This document shows positions 13,366 through 26,700 of a stretch of 64,000 bases of DNA, one piece after another; within the stretch, counting starts at the first letter, position 1, and the number at the start of each line of letters is the position of its first letter. Both the position numbers and the translations under genes were made by a program. Location: contig CM022679.1 in NCBI GenBank assembly GCA_012295275.1, positions 12,028,001-12,092,000 on the forward strand, written 5' to 3'. The stretch comes from Chrysomallon squamiferum (Eukaryota; Animalia; Mollusca). The notes under the pieces are model-generated. The model saw nothing but the letters and a program-made list of their open reading frames with translations. It did not search any database and was not told the DNA's origin.

Positions 13366-13937
13366 CATTATCACATCTCGTGAGGACTCCCTACTATCGC
13401 CATAACTCCCATCTCTCTCGAATCGGGTAAACAGTCAATTATACGAATAAAATATTGCCTCGCAGGCACAGCAAAACACGAATTACTTCATAGTACTCTC
13501 TTCTGGCCACCCATCGAGTTCGATGGTTGAGACCTCGCCAAGAAATGCACCACATGATACCAAATGTATTAAAATCTATGCCAGAAAACTCGTTTACACT
13601 GGTGCTAAATGACTTGTAAAGCAGCGCTTCGAATATGATGGCGGGGTTTGAGAGATTTGAACAAAGGCTGTCGGTGCACATCAAAGAGACACTGGAAGCC
13701 ATATGGCCGCCATAAAGCTGCAGGTAATTTCTCATTAGCCACATCATCAGACCATGCTTTCAGCTGGAAAGAATACAGGTAGGATGAAACGTACAGGCAT
13801 ATCAGCGGTGGAACAGTGAGATTTCCATGGCGACGTATTTTAACGCCTTAATTCATTCAGAATTGAAAATAGAATGATGTTCAGGGTTCCAGTCAGTCAA
13901 TTTAGTAATGGAAAAGGGTGGAAAGTTCATGATTGAT
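13366..13937 (+). pseudogene. Relic of a deleted NET paralog: promoter remnant plus intron remnant, no coding exons found
   Basis: 13505-13607 aligns with promoter 33725-33829. TTTAGTAATGGAAAA at 13901-13915 is identical to intronic 35281-35295. Both lie at the expected colinear position. Confidence 0.55.
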
Positions 13938-15046
13938 GCCTTTCTTAACGAAAGCTTAAATTGGGTATCTCTTTCTCTCCCTCCCTCCCTCCCTCTTCAT
14001 TATTTTATTTTGTTTATGAGAGTAAGAAAGAGAGCGTATGCGTTATATTGTATCACCAATATCTGAATGAGAAGAAAAACTCTTTGCATTACACATTTAT
14101 TTATATAATTTAGCATGATTGATATTTTTGTACAACTTAAAAATATATATATTCACCATATCGATAAAGTACGTTCTATATATTTAAAATTAAATAAATT
14201 ATTAGTGGAATCTCATTTTGGTTTTCGATAATAAAACAAAGATTTTTTTACTTTCATATAAATAATCAATGTTAATAAAACTATCGGCTTTTCATTTTTT
14301 ATGTTTTATGTTTTCCCCACCGGTTTATAAATCATTTTTTAAAAGCCCTTTTTGAGAACTGAACTTCAGTACCTGAGTTTAAGCAAACCTCTAACCCTAG
14401 TCTGACTCCCCCACATCTTCTTAACTGTCCAGACACATTTTTTTTTTCTCTTGCAATATCGATCTTATCTGAAAGAACTCATTTAGCGGCAGAATTGCAT
14501 ATCAATTTGCACTACAAACACGAATTTATTGTTCTTGTAGTTACGCCGCAACATGATTCTCTCGCGTAACACGTTGTTTGATCAGATACCGGCGCCTCGA
14601 CTCTTTGCGTGCAAACATTTTGATTAACTATGTATTCCAAAATCAATACCATCGGGCAGCTGTCATTGAAAGAAGAAGACCTGGAAAACCTCTAGCTATA
14701 CATCACCAAGACCTAAATGAAAAAAAAAAAAGAATGAAAAAAAAAGAGGATTTCCTTTTATTCTTGACAATGATAGAGACATGGACACGACTTTCTACGA
14801 TTGGCAAAAATGTTGTCGACAAGCGGGATGCCGTCGTCAGTTGGGAAATAATGTCAGACGGCTTTGTTTCTGTCATGTGTTAGAGACAAACGTCTACAGC
14901 AGTAAGACCCTTCCATTGAATCCAGTATTACTCAGTCAGACAGAGGTGGTTGTTTTTTTTCTGTTTTTTTTTTTTTTTTTTTTTACGTCTTTACTCATCT
15001 TTACTATTCCGTTCAAAACAATACACAGATATTTTTACATTCGACA

Positions 15047-15300
15047 TTTCACTCGATATCTGAAGACGTCATCACCTTCTTTTGTATTCAAATCTAATCC
15101 GCGGTTTTTAATACTCGACGTTTAGCTGGATATCTGGCGATGTCATCACCCACGTTTTTTCATTCCAGTATAACGAATGTTCTTTTCTACTCGATGTTTT
15201 TTTTCACATCTGTCGCTGTCATCGCCTTCTTTGTTTATCCCGGTGTTATTTTTGATATATCGAAGTTTTACGTATTATTTATCAGTGTCATCGCCTTATT
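15047..15300 (+). repeat. Degenerate minisatellite, ~73-bp unit x4
   Basis: GTCATC(A/G)CC recurs at 15068, 15142, 15218 and 15287, with ACTCGA-like motifs between. Confidence 0.6.
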
Positions 15301-16094
15301 TAATTTTATTATTACTATTATTATTTTTATTTTTTTTATTTTTTGCATTATGTTATTATATACATCCATCAACTTGATCGTTTGTGTTCCTTTGATTCCA
15401 GGCAAGTGCTGCATGGGAATTTGAACCGTTTTTCCTTTCTTGATATGGCATAGATTTCCTCTTACTGATGTCACTAAATAAAAAATATTATGATTAACTA
15501 TTATTCTGACAAAATTTGATAGTAGTCTTGGTTCAGTTAATTTTCGAAAATACAGAATTATATAAGTATATGATTATGTAGATGTGTTTGAGTCTGTGTG
15601 ATTACACACAAACACCAACACCCACACCCACACCCACACCCACCCACACCCACACCCACCCACACCCACACCCCCACACAAAAATATACATACATACACA
15701 CACATATATATATAGAGAGAACCGTTAAACATTTAAAAAAGAAGAAAAAAATCATTTGCTAGATACTCTTACCTTCGAATACAATTAAAATGTTTATTCT
15801 AATATAAATTATACATTTGATAAATAATATTTTCAAAATGCTTGACAATTTGTATTACACTTTCCTTTATATTCTTTTGCCTTTGAGAATAACTATTTGA
15901 TTAATTAGTTGTAAATAGAATCTATGAAAAAATCCTCCTTCCAAAGTAAATTTTTGACAGAAAATATCAATTTCTTTATCGCATTTTTCATTTGAATATG
16001 CAGGATTTCATTTTCGTAAATCTAACTTTAAAGGTCTTGGTTTCGCTGTGTCTTAAACTTTGTTTCGTTTAAACATATATATATATATATATAT

Positions 16095-16203
<109 letters not shown>

Positions 16204-16904
16204 GAAACGAACAAATGTAATAAATAAGATAAAAAATTTAAAAAAAGGAAAAAAGTAATAAAACGACATGGCATGTATTTCGAAATGACTATTTTGAAAA
16301 ACAACAACAACAAAATCATTTTATCAGGTATAACATAAATTAACAAGGACTATAAATCTAACAAAACTGCTGTAAAGAAAAGCTTTTTAAATTTTAATTA
16401 ACAACGCAATCCTTGTCTTGGTTTTTTTAAATTTATTTTAACTGTAAAAAAAAGACAGTAATGTTCTCTGAAAACATCTGTTAACGTATATTAATACGAA
16501 AAACTTTTGTTATGTCTTTTTCAAAGTGGAAAGCCAGACGTCTAAACGTTCTCGTTTGATCTTTTCCCCTGTTTCCAAGCTGCGTGTTACTGATGTTTTA
16601 AACAAGCATGATATTTGCTTTGACAGAACACATGTTCGTTGTAATCTTTGGTTACATCATCACAAGGTTGTAACAGAAGTAAAATATCCATATCATTAGC
16701 TGGGTTGTAAACACTGATATAACTGCTCATAAATAATCTCCGTGAAGTCTGTGATCTGGAATTTTACGGTCCGCGTGTCAACAAATTTTGATATACAGCT
16801 TTTTTTCCAACGCAATCAGTCTTCAGATCATTATGTGCAAAAAAATCTGCTTTCTTAAAGAGGTTCAGTCAGGAGTATTTGGCGCCAAATATTCGTCTTA
16901 ATTA

Positions 16905-17021
<117 letters not shown>

Positions 17022-18563
17022 TAAAATACATGATAAATAAATATAATAAAATGTATATGAAAGATTAGTCTAAAAATATTAATAAGCATTATTTATGTAT
17101 GTATGTATGTATGTATGTATGTATGTATATATGTGTATGTATATATATCTGTATGTGTGTATATGTGTGTACATGCATGCATGGTAGAAATGTAGGTTTG
17201 TGTCCTAATTTTGTGGAGTGTATATATTTAACTTTATTGTTTGAAGTATATTAATTTTATCGTACATATTATTGTTGTATTTAATATTTTACATGTACAT
17301 TGATCTCCTATGACATTAACCTTATTTTTAAATTATTCATGAATTCTCTTTTGTGTTTATATTGTATATAGTATTTCAGATTTCATGGATCTATATGCTC
17401 ACGACATTGAATAAACAATTGATTTTACGTTTCACACAGTATTGTTTCGCATGTCACAGAGTACGTTGTCATCGATATTGTATAGTTTTTCATCAGTGTA
17501 AATGAAAACGTACTATACCGACACTGGATATCATTAGTTAGATATTTAATTTGTTCATCACACTGAAAGTATATAGAATATTTTAAAATTCTGTATCATG
17601 CAAAAACTTTTATGTCAATAAAGTGAACAGGGACTGGCTGTTGTTTACCTTTAAATACTGACCTAATTGTAACTGATTTTGTAAGTACTAAAACATTTTC
17701 TATCTACATAGGAATTATGACTCGCATCAGCTTTATTTCCGTGCTGAAAAAATAATAAATTTAATAATTTTAATGACCCTCCGGCCAAGAAATTATGAAA
17801 TTTTGGCAAGAATCATTTTATGATGATTAATGAAATCAACATAAAACATCAGCACAAGTCATTTTTATAATATTTAGTGTACAACATAATGTCGTCGTTT
17901 ATTAGACCAATCAAATTTCATGTACCATTCCGTTTCTTGGCGTACGAAGCTGTACAAATGGCGCAGTCAAATTATGCTTATCGAGTGACTGGTATGTGTC
18001 TTGGCATTTGTTAAACTATGTATTAATTTTCCCAGAAGGCCTTGCAGTACAGTATGTCGGCTGTTCAAGCTAACCAGACATGTTGATGGGGTGCCAGATG
18101 AACGATACCACTAATCACCAAACTGATCACAGATTTTTCATCGTTTCCAACAAATTACAGGAGCTGTAAAATATAAACTTGGCACTCTAAAGATAAGGCA
18201 GACTGCGAGCTGACGTCCGATGACAGACGAGTCGGAATCAAACATGAAAGACGGATGAGAGGGCGGAGATGACTTTTGCCATGCTGCAGACAATGGCGGT
18301 AGTCTCGTTCAGGCAGGATTCTTTTTGGCATCTGGTTTGAACGAGACTATCAATTACCGGCCACGTAGGCTGTCTTTGATGATACGCTATAGTTACATAC
18401 GTAATATTAATGTCGGTGGTTAGATTTTGATGGCTGTAATGAAAAGAAAATTTAACTAAGACTTACCATCTAACAATCACTGCTACAACTGCTACAAAAC
18501 TAATAAAACGTAAAATAATAACAAACAAAAATACAACAACAACCAATAAACAACAACAACAAT

Positions 18564-18596
<33 letters not shown>

Positions 18597-18795
18597 AATA
18601 ATAATAATAATAATAATAATATTAATAATATATATTATGTAGTGAATTAAATTTCTTTACATCTGTAATTTCTTAAAGGTTTTCCCATCATCTTTCACTG
18701 CATAAATAAATAAACAGTAGTAAACTAATAGTACAAATCTCGTGCATACCAATACGTACTAATGTCTTTACTATTACGATCACTGCAATAGTTAT

Positions 18796-18843
<48 letters not shown>

Positions 18844-21800
18844 ACAAAATATTATAATCTATACTCTAAAGTAATTATGATATGTAAATACGTCTGACCT
18901 AAACAGTACAGCCTGACCAATTCTGGTGGAATATGAGACGAGAAAACATATAAAATCTTCTACGCCGACGCATTTGTCTGAGTCTACAACTTGCCTTGAG
19001 CACTCCGAACATATTTATTCTTGAATAGCGTTTGAGCAGTGTAACTTCACTGATACTGAAATAAAACGCAGCATGAATTATTTACTACAGAACCAAAAAG
19101 TCTTCGGTGCAATGGATTGTTTGTCAAAACAGTTTGTAAGAAAACGTTAGGCAGGTACGATATGAAACGAGAAATTTCAGAAATCGAGTACAGTAAGCGT
19201 TATGATTTTAACATTTCATATTTATGACAGGAATAAAGTCGTTGATGTAGAGAAATTAGAGAGTTATGTGATAATTACTGATAAAAACGAATTGTCGAAA
19301 GAATTAAAAAAAATAATAATAATAATAAAAAATAATAATAATAATAATAATAATAAAAACAACAACAATAATATAAAAATTAAATAAGACAGTGAAAAAA
19401 AGAAAAAAACAGATAATAAAATTCTACGAGGATTGACTCTGCGCTTTAAATACTAAGCTTCAGTCTACTTTCCAGTTAATAAAAGTTATTATTTCGATCC
19501 TTACAATAAATATTGAATTTAAACAACAACAAAAAAAGCCAACAAAAAACCTCCACATTATACATGGACATAATTATAAACACATATACAAAAAATCCCA
19601 TAGATACCCACACACCTTTTTCTCATTTTTGTTTTCTCTGCATCTCCTGCATAACTTCACTCTCTCACTTTGATGTTTGTGATGCCTACAATACATTCCA
19701 AGATAATAAACTATTGGTATTTTGTTGAAATACTTCAATACAGTTTCTCTCCGGCAAAGTGTGAAAACATAGGTCTGTAAGAAGCAGCATCTACGAAGAG
19801 CAAAACGTACGAACTTATCAGAAAAGGTAAATACTATCATTACTTAGTTACTGGGGTTTTTTCCCCCATCATAATGGACTAAACATTTTCAGCTGTTTGA
19901 ACTCGGGAGGTTAAATTTTTGTCTGTACGCTCAGTGCATCGAGAACTGTGCGGAAAAAAGCCAGAACCCGGACTGGAACTAGTAAACCACTGCTTTATAA
20001 TTAAAATATTAAAACAGATTAGCTTTCTGATTTGGGTCGTCACATTTAGTCTGGATGTGAAAACAAAATACCATATCGGCTAATCAACTTCCGTATCAAA
20101 CACACTCTTTTCGTTTAATCTATGTCAGGATACGTAGGTCTCAGATGATTTCTAATTGTCACGTTTATATACGTGATATGTGTGAACAACGTGTAACCAC
20201 GACGATTCAGTTATTTCAACATCAAAAAGTCATTTGTCTTCTTGCCACGGCGCAAACTTGGGCGACAAATCTTGCGTTGACTTGTCGCTGAATCGACAAA
20301 GCTGATAACACTGACGTTAACGTAATTTGTCCAAACTTAAATAAATATTTCTTAATTCTAATCTCCTTTGTTTTACTAAGACATTAAAGTCACATTTGCA
20401 AATATATATATATAATAATGATAATTATTGATACATTGCAGTATTTTAAAGCTAGTTATTTTAAACTTTCAGCAGCATCCCGAAACCACACGACTTTAAA
20501 ATATAAACCACATCCTGACAATAATCTTGAGGAGCAGTCGTAAAGACCAGGGACCATTCATATCACAGTACACTCGATCATTCCGTCTGTTTGTCGTTTT
20601 AAGCATTAGCTGGACAAATCTGCCACTACAACTTCTTTGGACAAGTTCATACTCTAGTAATGGTCATTCTATTGTTATCTGTCACTTTAATTGGCGCTCT
20701 GACACCAATAAGGCTCAGCTGGTGGTAAATCTTTATGTATTTTCTGACATATCTTTCTTTCTGGTTTCAGGGACTGACGGGAACGAGGTTTGGATATAAT
20801 TTAAAGATGTGTTCTAGTGGCAAGGCGGTAACGATCTACAGCATGAGACAGTCGTGTTTTTTAAGCTGGTTTCTACATTTCGTGAGTCGAAATGATTAGA
20901 AGGTCATTTGTGCTATTAGTCGTATGGAAGCTTACTAATAGACAATCACAAAATGTAAAAGTACCTTGTGCAGAGGGCGAACGAAACAAGAAGGATGGGT
21001 CTGAAACTGAAAGAGTGTAATAGAGAGAGACAGAAGAGAAAAAGTATGAGAGAAAGAAAGAGATAGAAAAAGAGAAAGAAAGAGATAGAAACAGAGAAAA
21101 AGATAGAGAAAATAAGAGGGAGGAGTCTCCATTATCTAAATTATTTAAAAGTTATTTAATTATATCTATTACTGCATTATTATATTTTGATATCTTTTCT
21201 TTCAAAAGGCCTAGGATTTCAAGTATCGAAAAAAAAAAAAAAAAATACACATAAAAGAATAGGAATGAGTATTCATTCTGTAAATCACTATTTTTCATAC
21301 TTTCATCGACCAGTTCGCCCTTAAATTAATCCGTGTTGCAATATCAATCGAATATTAAAACATAGATCTTGTGAGAAGTCTGAACGTTTTTAACAAACAT
21401 AAGTAAAATATTAGTTCTGTTAAATGTTTCTAATAAGGAAGGAAATCTAGAATTTCATACATTAAAGGAAAATTTACTGTGGTGAGAGAGCTATTGAATA
21501 ACGCATTATGCATTTATAACAAATAGTGTCTGGCTCCAGTTTAATGGGACAGATTGAACCAGTGGGGTTCTGTATACGGGTTTGATAAACGAGGATAGTA
21601 TAGGGGCACGACGGGTATAACTTGCCTTGCTAATTAAGACGAACATTAGTGCGCTCCAGTAGAGGAGATTTTTCTGTCTGTCATTAAGACGACTGGTAGG
21701 TCTCGCTCACGACTGTTTCCCATCCATCAACGACAGCAGGGTGCACTGAAGGCATCAGTCGATCTGCGAACTCAATGCAGGATTCCGGTCTATGATTCGT

Positions 21801-23569
21801 CATTGTGTGTCACGTGCCGCAAACGTTTATACAGTCTACGTAATACAAAATCATTTTTTAATATTTTTTTTGTTTGTTTTGTTTTGGCTTTGTTTGTGCA
21901 TTGTTTCTGTTGTCGTGGGGAATAATATGTTGTAAAACATGTTGTAGTTTGTCTTTGTTATCATTGTTTAAAATAATAACCTCCACTGAGAAAAACCAGC
22001 TGCGGGTAAAGCTGTAGATGTATACAATGTCAAAAATAATTATAAACGTGTCTATTGTTGTTTTGTTTTTTATTGTAAGCGTATTTATTTACATGCTGAT
22101 CGGATTTGAATTTACATTCTAATAAACAGATTAGAAAAGAGTTGTTTCGCATTAATATTCCATTCACCAATAAATAATTTTTTTGAACAAGGTCCAGACC
22201 GAGGTTTGTATAACCTGAATCGAAAACTTTGTTAAAGAAAAAAACTATGCAGAGCATTATATATCTCTGACAACATAGGGAATAAGATCCTTGTTTATCC
22301 CGATAAGACTTCTCCTCGATAGACATAAACCTGCATTAATCAATGGTATTTTTCCTGCATATATTTCTTTCTCTCACTTAAAATTTTGATACATGCCTTC
22401 TGAAATTGTGGTACTATAAGCAAATATATCTAAAATAGCCTAAACTGACTATAGATATAAAAATAATAATTTAGAAATTCGGTTTCTGTTAAATATGTAA
22501 CTTTTTTTTTATTATCATTATTTCATAAACAGCTTACACTTTTACCACTGTATGAGAAAATCTGCGTGGTGGTGTATTCGAACGTCACTTGTATAACCGA
22601 TTTAACAAGACAATCCTTCCTAGCAAGCAGAAATGTTCTGCCAAGTATTATTAAAAGATTATGAAAATGCCAATGTTCGCCTAATCTTGCCGTTATAACA
22701 GCTTTGGAGGTATTAATTCAGCCGACTAGCGACCCGAGTGAAATTTATTCCGACAAGTGAACTTAATTGCTGTTTAACCATTCTGTTGCGGTAAACAAGC
22801 GTGTGCCAATCGACGATTACTAAATTAAAACGCGGTAGATTAAACACGGATTTAGTTTTGCAAATTACATACGGCAGTTTAGTCACTGATAAATATGCGC
22901 AGCCCTAAATAGGACTTGTTTGGATATGTCTCCCAGTGGTCATGAGATTGTGTGAGCAGGTGGCAAATGATTTTCCATTGTCCTTCAGATTTATATATTT
23001 ACATCATCAGAAAGGTACAAAGAAAATAAAGACATACTTCATTTATTAGTATTTGGACTGCTTGGATAAATACCCATAATTATGTTAAATAAAAATCAGA
23101 AACAAAAAGAACAGATAAAAGTCAAAGCAAATGGAAAAATATAATCAGGAATAAAGAAACAAGCCATATATAAATACATACATTCATACATAATACATAC
23201 ACCCATACATACATACATACACACACTCACACAGACTGTACAAAAGTACATTTGTTGCACGCTGTCATAGTTTTCATCAAAGCTTTCATAATCATAAATC
23301 CGACTAACTATAAATTAAATAACGATGTCTTCGTAAGCTCGTGCCTTGCTTCTGATATCAAGATAACTTCCCTCTTCTTTTTTCGCATCATTCCACTTAA
23401 CAAGCACAATTTAATGACTATGTGTGAGTGACATAACATTCAGTAAAACTGAAGTAACTCTGAAAATGTGAGAACAACATGCATTTTTTTTTAAGGTAAT
23501 CTTTTTCGGAATTTCGTAAGGATTGAAAGTTGGGATACACAAATACCCATATCGCTTACAAAAATAAAA

Positions 23570-23716
<147 letters not shown>

Positions 23717-26700
23717 AACATACAGTAAATTCAGTTTTACACTGAAAATGAATCCCTTGAAATACATATCAATTACTTCATTTTTCCCAACGAAAAATGA
23801 TAAATAAATAAAGTCTGACTAAGTAAGTATTCGGCTGTCATTTACACTAAATAATAATCTAGATGCAAATAAATATATCCTCGTGATTGTTTGCAAACGT
23901 TAAAACTGATCTTTGTGCATGTTATTCCTGCTGTTTACTGCTTTCAGATTCACCTAAATGCCACATTTGCTTCATTTTAAAAGCACATAATATTTTTATC
24001 ATAAAGCCTGCGATATATTACCTGTCTATTTTTCATGTGTACGGTTCCACTAAAAGCTGCATAAATATATTTTTATCTTGTATTATCTCGTTTTACTGTC
24101 AACAGCCTGACTTGATCTGATCGTCATCTTCAGATATGTTCGAGACTGTTAAACATACTGTATTCTCATAAAACCACATGAAAGAGGAATAAAATCAACA
24201 GAGCTTTGTTTAGAGTCTGTATTTGTTCTCTCTTCTTGTACCGTCACAACCAAACTGTATTCGTTTTGATGTAGCGATCGACATCAAAGACATGTCTTCG
24301 TTTGTCCACAGTTGCAAAGGCAGCCATGTTTCTAAATGGCTATTTCTCACCGACACCTGTACACAAAAGATGCAAAGCCAACAGGTTTTAATTTGTGACT
24401 TCCAACGACTCTAAATTGTCATTTACGGCATTTGTGCCAGCTTTATGGGAATAACACTCGGCAAGATCAAAGGAGCCGGGTGACAGGTAATGGTGCTTAT
24501 AGAGGTTACAGCTAATTCCAAGATGACAAAGCCTGACAGAATTGCAGACAGATGATATTACTCTACACAGTGGCTGTTAAATTGATTTGCATGAAGTTTT
24601 AGTTCTTTTCTTTTCTAAAACACTGCTGTCCATCGTTCTTTGTTCGGTTTGAATTTATTGCAAACATATTTTATGAATGATTTAAAAAGCAACGTCAAGA
24701 GAAGATCTAGAGGAGATTAAATTCAGGATTACTCAAACAAACTACCCCAGATGATATTTCCTTAAACACCTTTGGTGTAAAGTCAATTTGCATGAGTTTT
24801 CCATTTCTTTTCCCTTTAAAACTTTACTACCTTCCTGCGCTTTGTTGCTTGAAAATTTATTGCCACGGTTTAAGGGTAAAAACATCACAACAATTAACCT
24901 CATCTGGCTGGGGTGAAAGCACACTGACATAAATCTTTAGCATACTTTTTTTTTGTGTTTTCTCTGGCTTTCCAGTTAAAAAAACTCAAAATTTATAGTT
25001 CTCTAAAGCTTTTGAAGAAGGCGGTTTTTATTTAGAAAATACTAAAATGAAACTGTATGTATTGTACAGTAAATGTAAAGTCTCGTTTAAAAACAGACTG
25101 CAATTGCTTTTGACTTTTTTCTGGGTTTTTTACAATTACTATTTGAAAGACAGTCTTAAAATGTAGATTATGGGTCATATTACATTTTATGTTTGTGAAA
25201 ATTCCATGACAGACGTGAACAAAAAAAAATAATATGCGTTGAAAAAGATAGCTGAGTATTGAAAGAAAGCATTTAGAATTTATGGGCGATAATGCATTCT
25301 GTTTCTAGTTTTTTCCTTTCTTTCCTTTTTTTATTTTAAAAATACATATTTTTAAACTGTTTATATAATATCATGTAAAGATAATTAAGTGACAAGTATG
25401 ACAAGGTATTTGTTTATACGTGCATTTGAGTGTGCCTTTATGTTAAGGTATGTGTATATATGTGTGTATTTATATGTATATATGCATGCATGTATATACG
25501 TATTTATATGTATATATGCATGCATACATGTATGTATGTATGTATGTATGTATGTATGCATGCATGCATGTACGTATGAATGAATACATATATAGTATAT
25601 ATGTACATACGTACGTTTGTCTTTTGTACTGAAATATGATTTGCATCTGGTACAACTAGAAGTAACGATATTTATTTCATAATTATTACATTTGAGGTCT
25701 ATACTGGTCATTATTACCTTTATACCATCAGTACAATGTTAAATAAACAGACATACATACGAACAAACAACCTCAGTGAGTGTTCATTGAGTGTTCATAT
25801 ATTTATTTAATCATAGAATGTGTTAATGTTAACGGCTATGCTTTCAAAAACAATTCCACCTTGTTACACAACTGAAAGGTTTGTTTGTTCTTAATAACCA
25901 GGCTGACAGCACGACTGAATTATACCTCCACAATGCGTGTAAATTTAGATCATACTTTATTTTTGAAAAAAACTGAATACCGTTTTGTCTGAGGGATTTT
26001 GAATCATCATGATAAAAATAATATATCGAGGTGAAATTTACTGCTATTGTTAATAGAACATGTACTGTTGTTTCAGCTATTACGATTATTACTCTGTACT
26101 GTTGCTATTACTAATTATATTATCTTCTTCTTCTTCTTCTTCTTCTTCTTATTATTATTAACAACGATTAGCATGTGTCTATTATGATAATTATCAGGAA
26201 GTTAACAGGTACAATATTTTGTATTTCAACACTTCTCCAATAATAAACCGGAATCTGTTCTAAAGTAGCCCATACAAGTTGGTATATTACGATTACGTTA
26301 TTTTTACACACAAACAACAACAATAGCAACAGCAGCAGTAGCAACAACAACAGCAGCAGCAAAAACAACAACAACAATAAATAACCTTAAAAAATTTGAT
26401 GAAAATGTTTCATTAGTATTATCCAAATCCCAAAAATACGTTTCTGTTGCTTCATAATAATGGCCCATTAATATATCATTTGGGTCTAACGAGACATTCG
26501 TCACGAGTGGAATTGATTCAATCTGACATTTTATGTCCACTGGGCGTGTTATTATTAGCTGTTTGGGACATCTGTCATAACTGCTTCGGGATAAACCACG
26601 CATGCGTGAGAACAGGACGTGACAACTAGAATATTTCTACACGAGCATCAATTCCAATTAGCAGTAATTCTTTTGATGAAAACGATTATTTACTAGAAAT

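Noticed and set aside
18076-18098. GTTGATGGGGTGCCAG resembling a lophotrochozoan miRNA recalled from memory (miR-1990-like)
   Set aside because: The seed region differs and there is no complementary star arm nearby.
20715-20730. TCAGCTGGTGG(T/C)AAAT match to 52295-52310 as a paralog anchor
   Set aside because: It breaks colinearity. 52295 is better paired with 22955-22968, which has flanking support, so this is probably motif recurrence.
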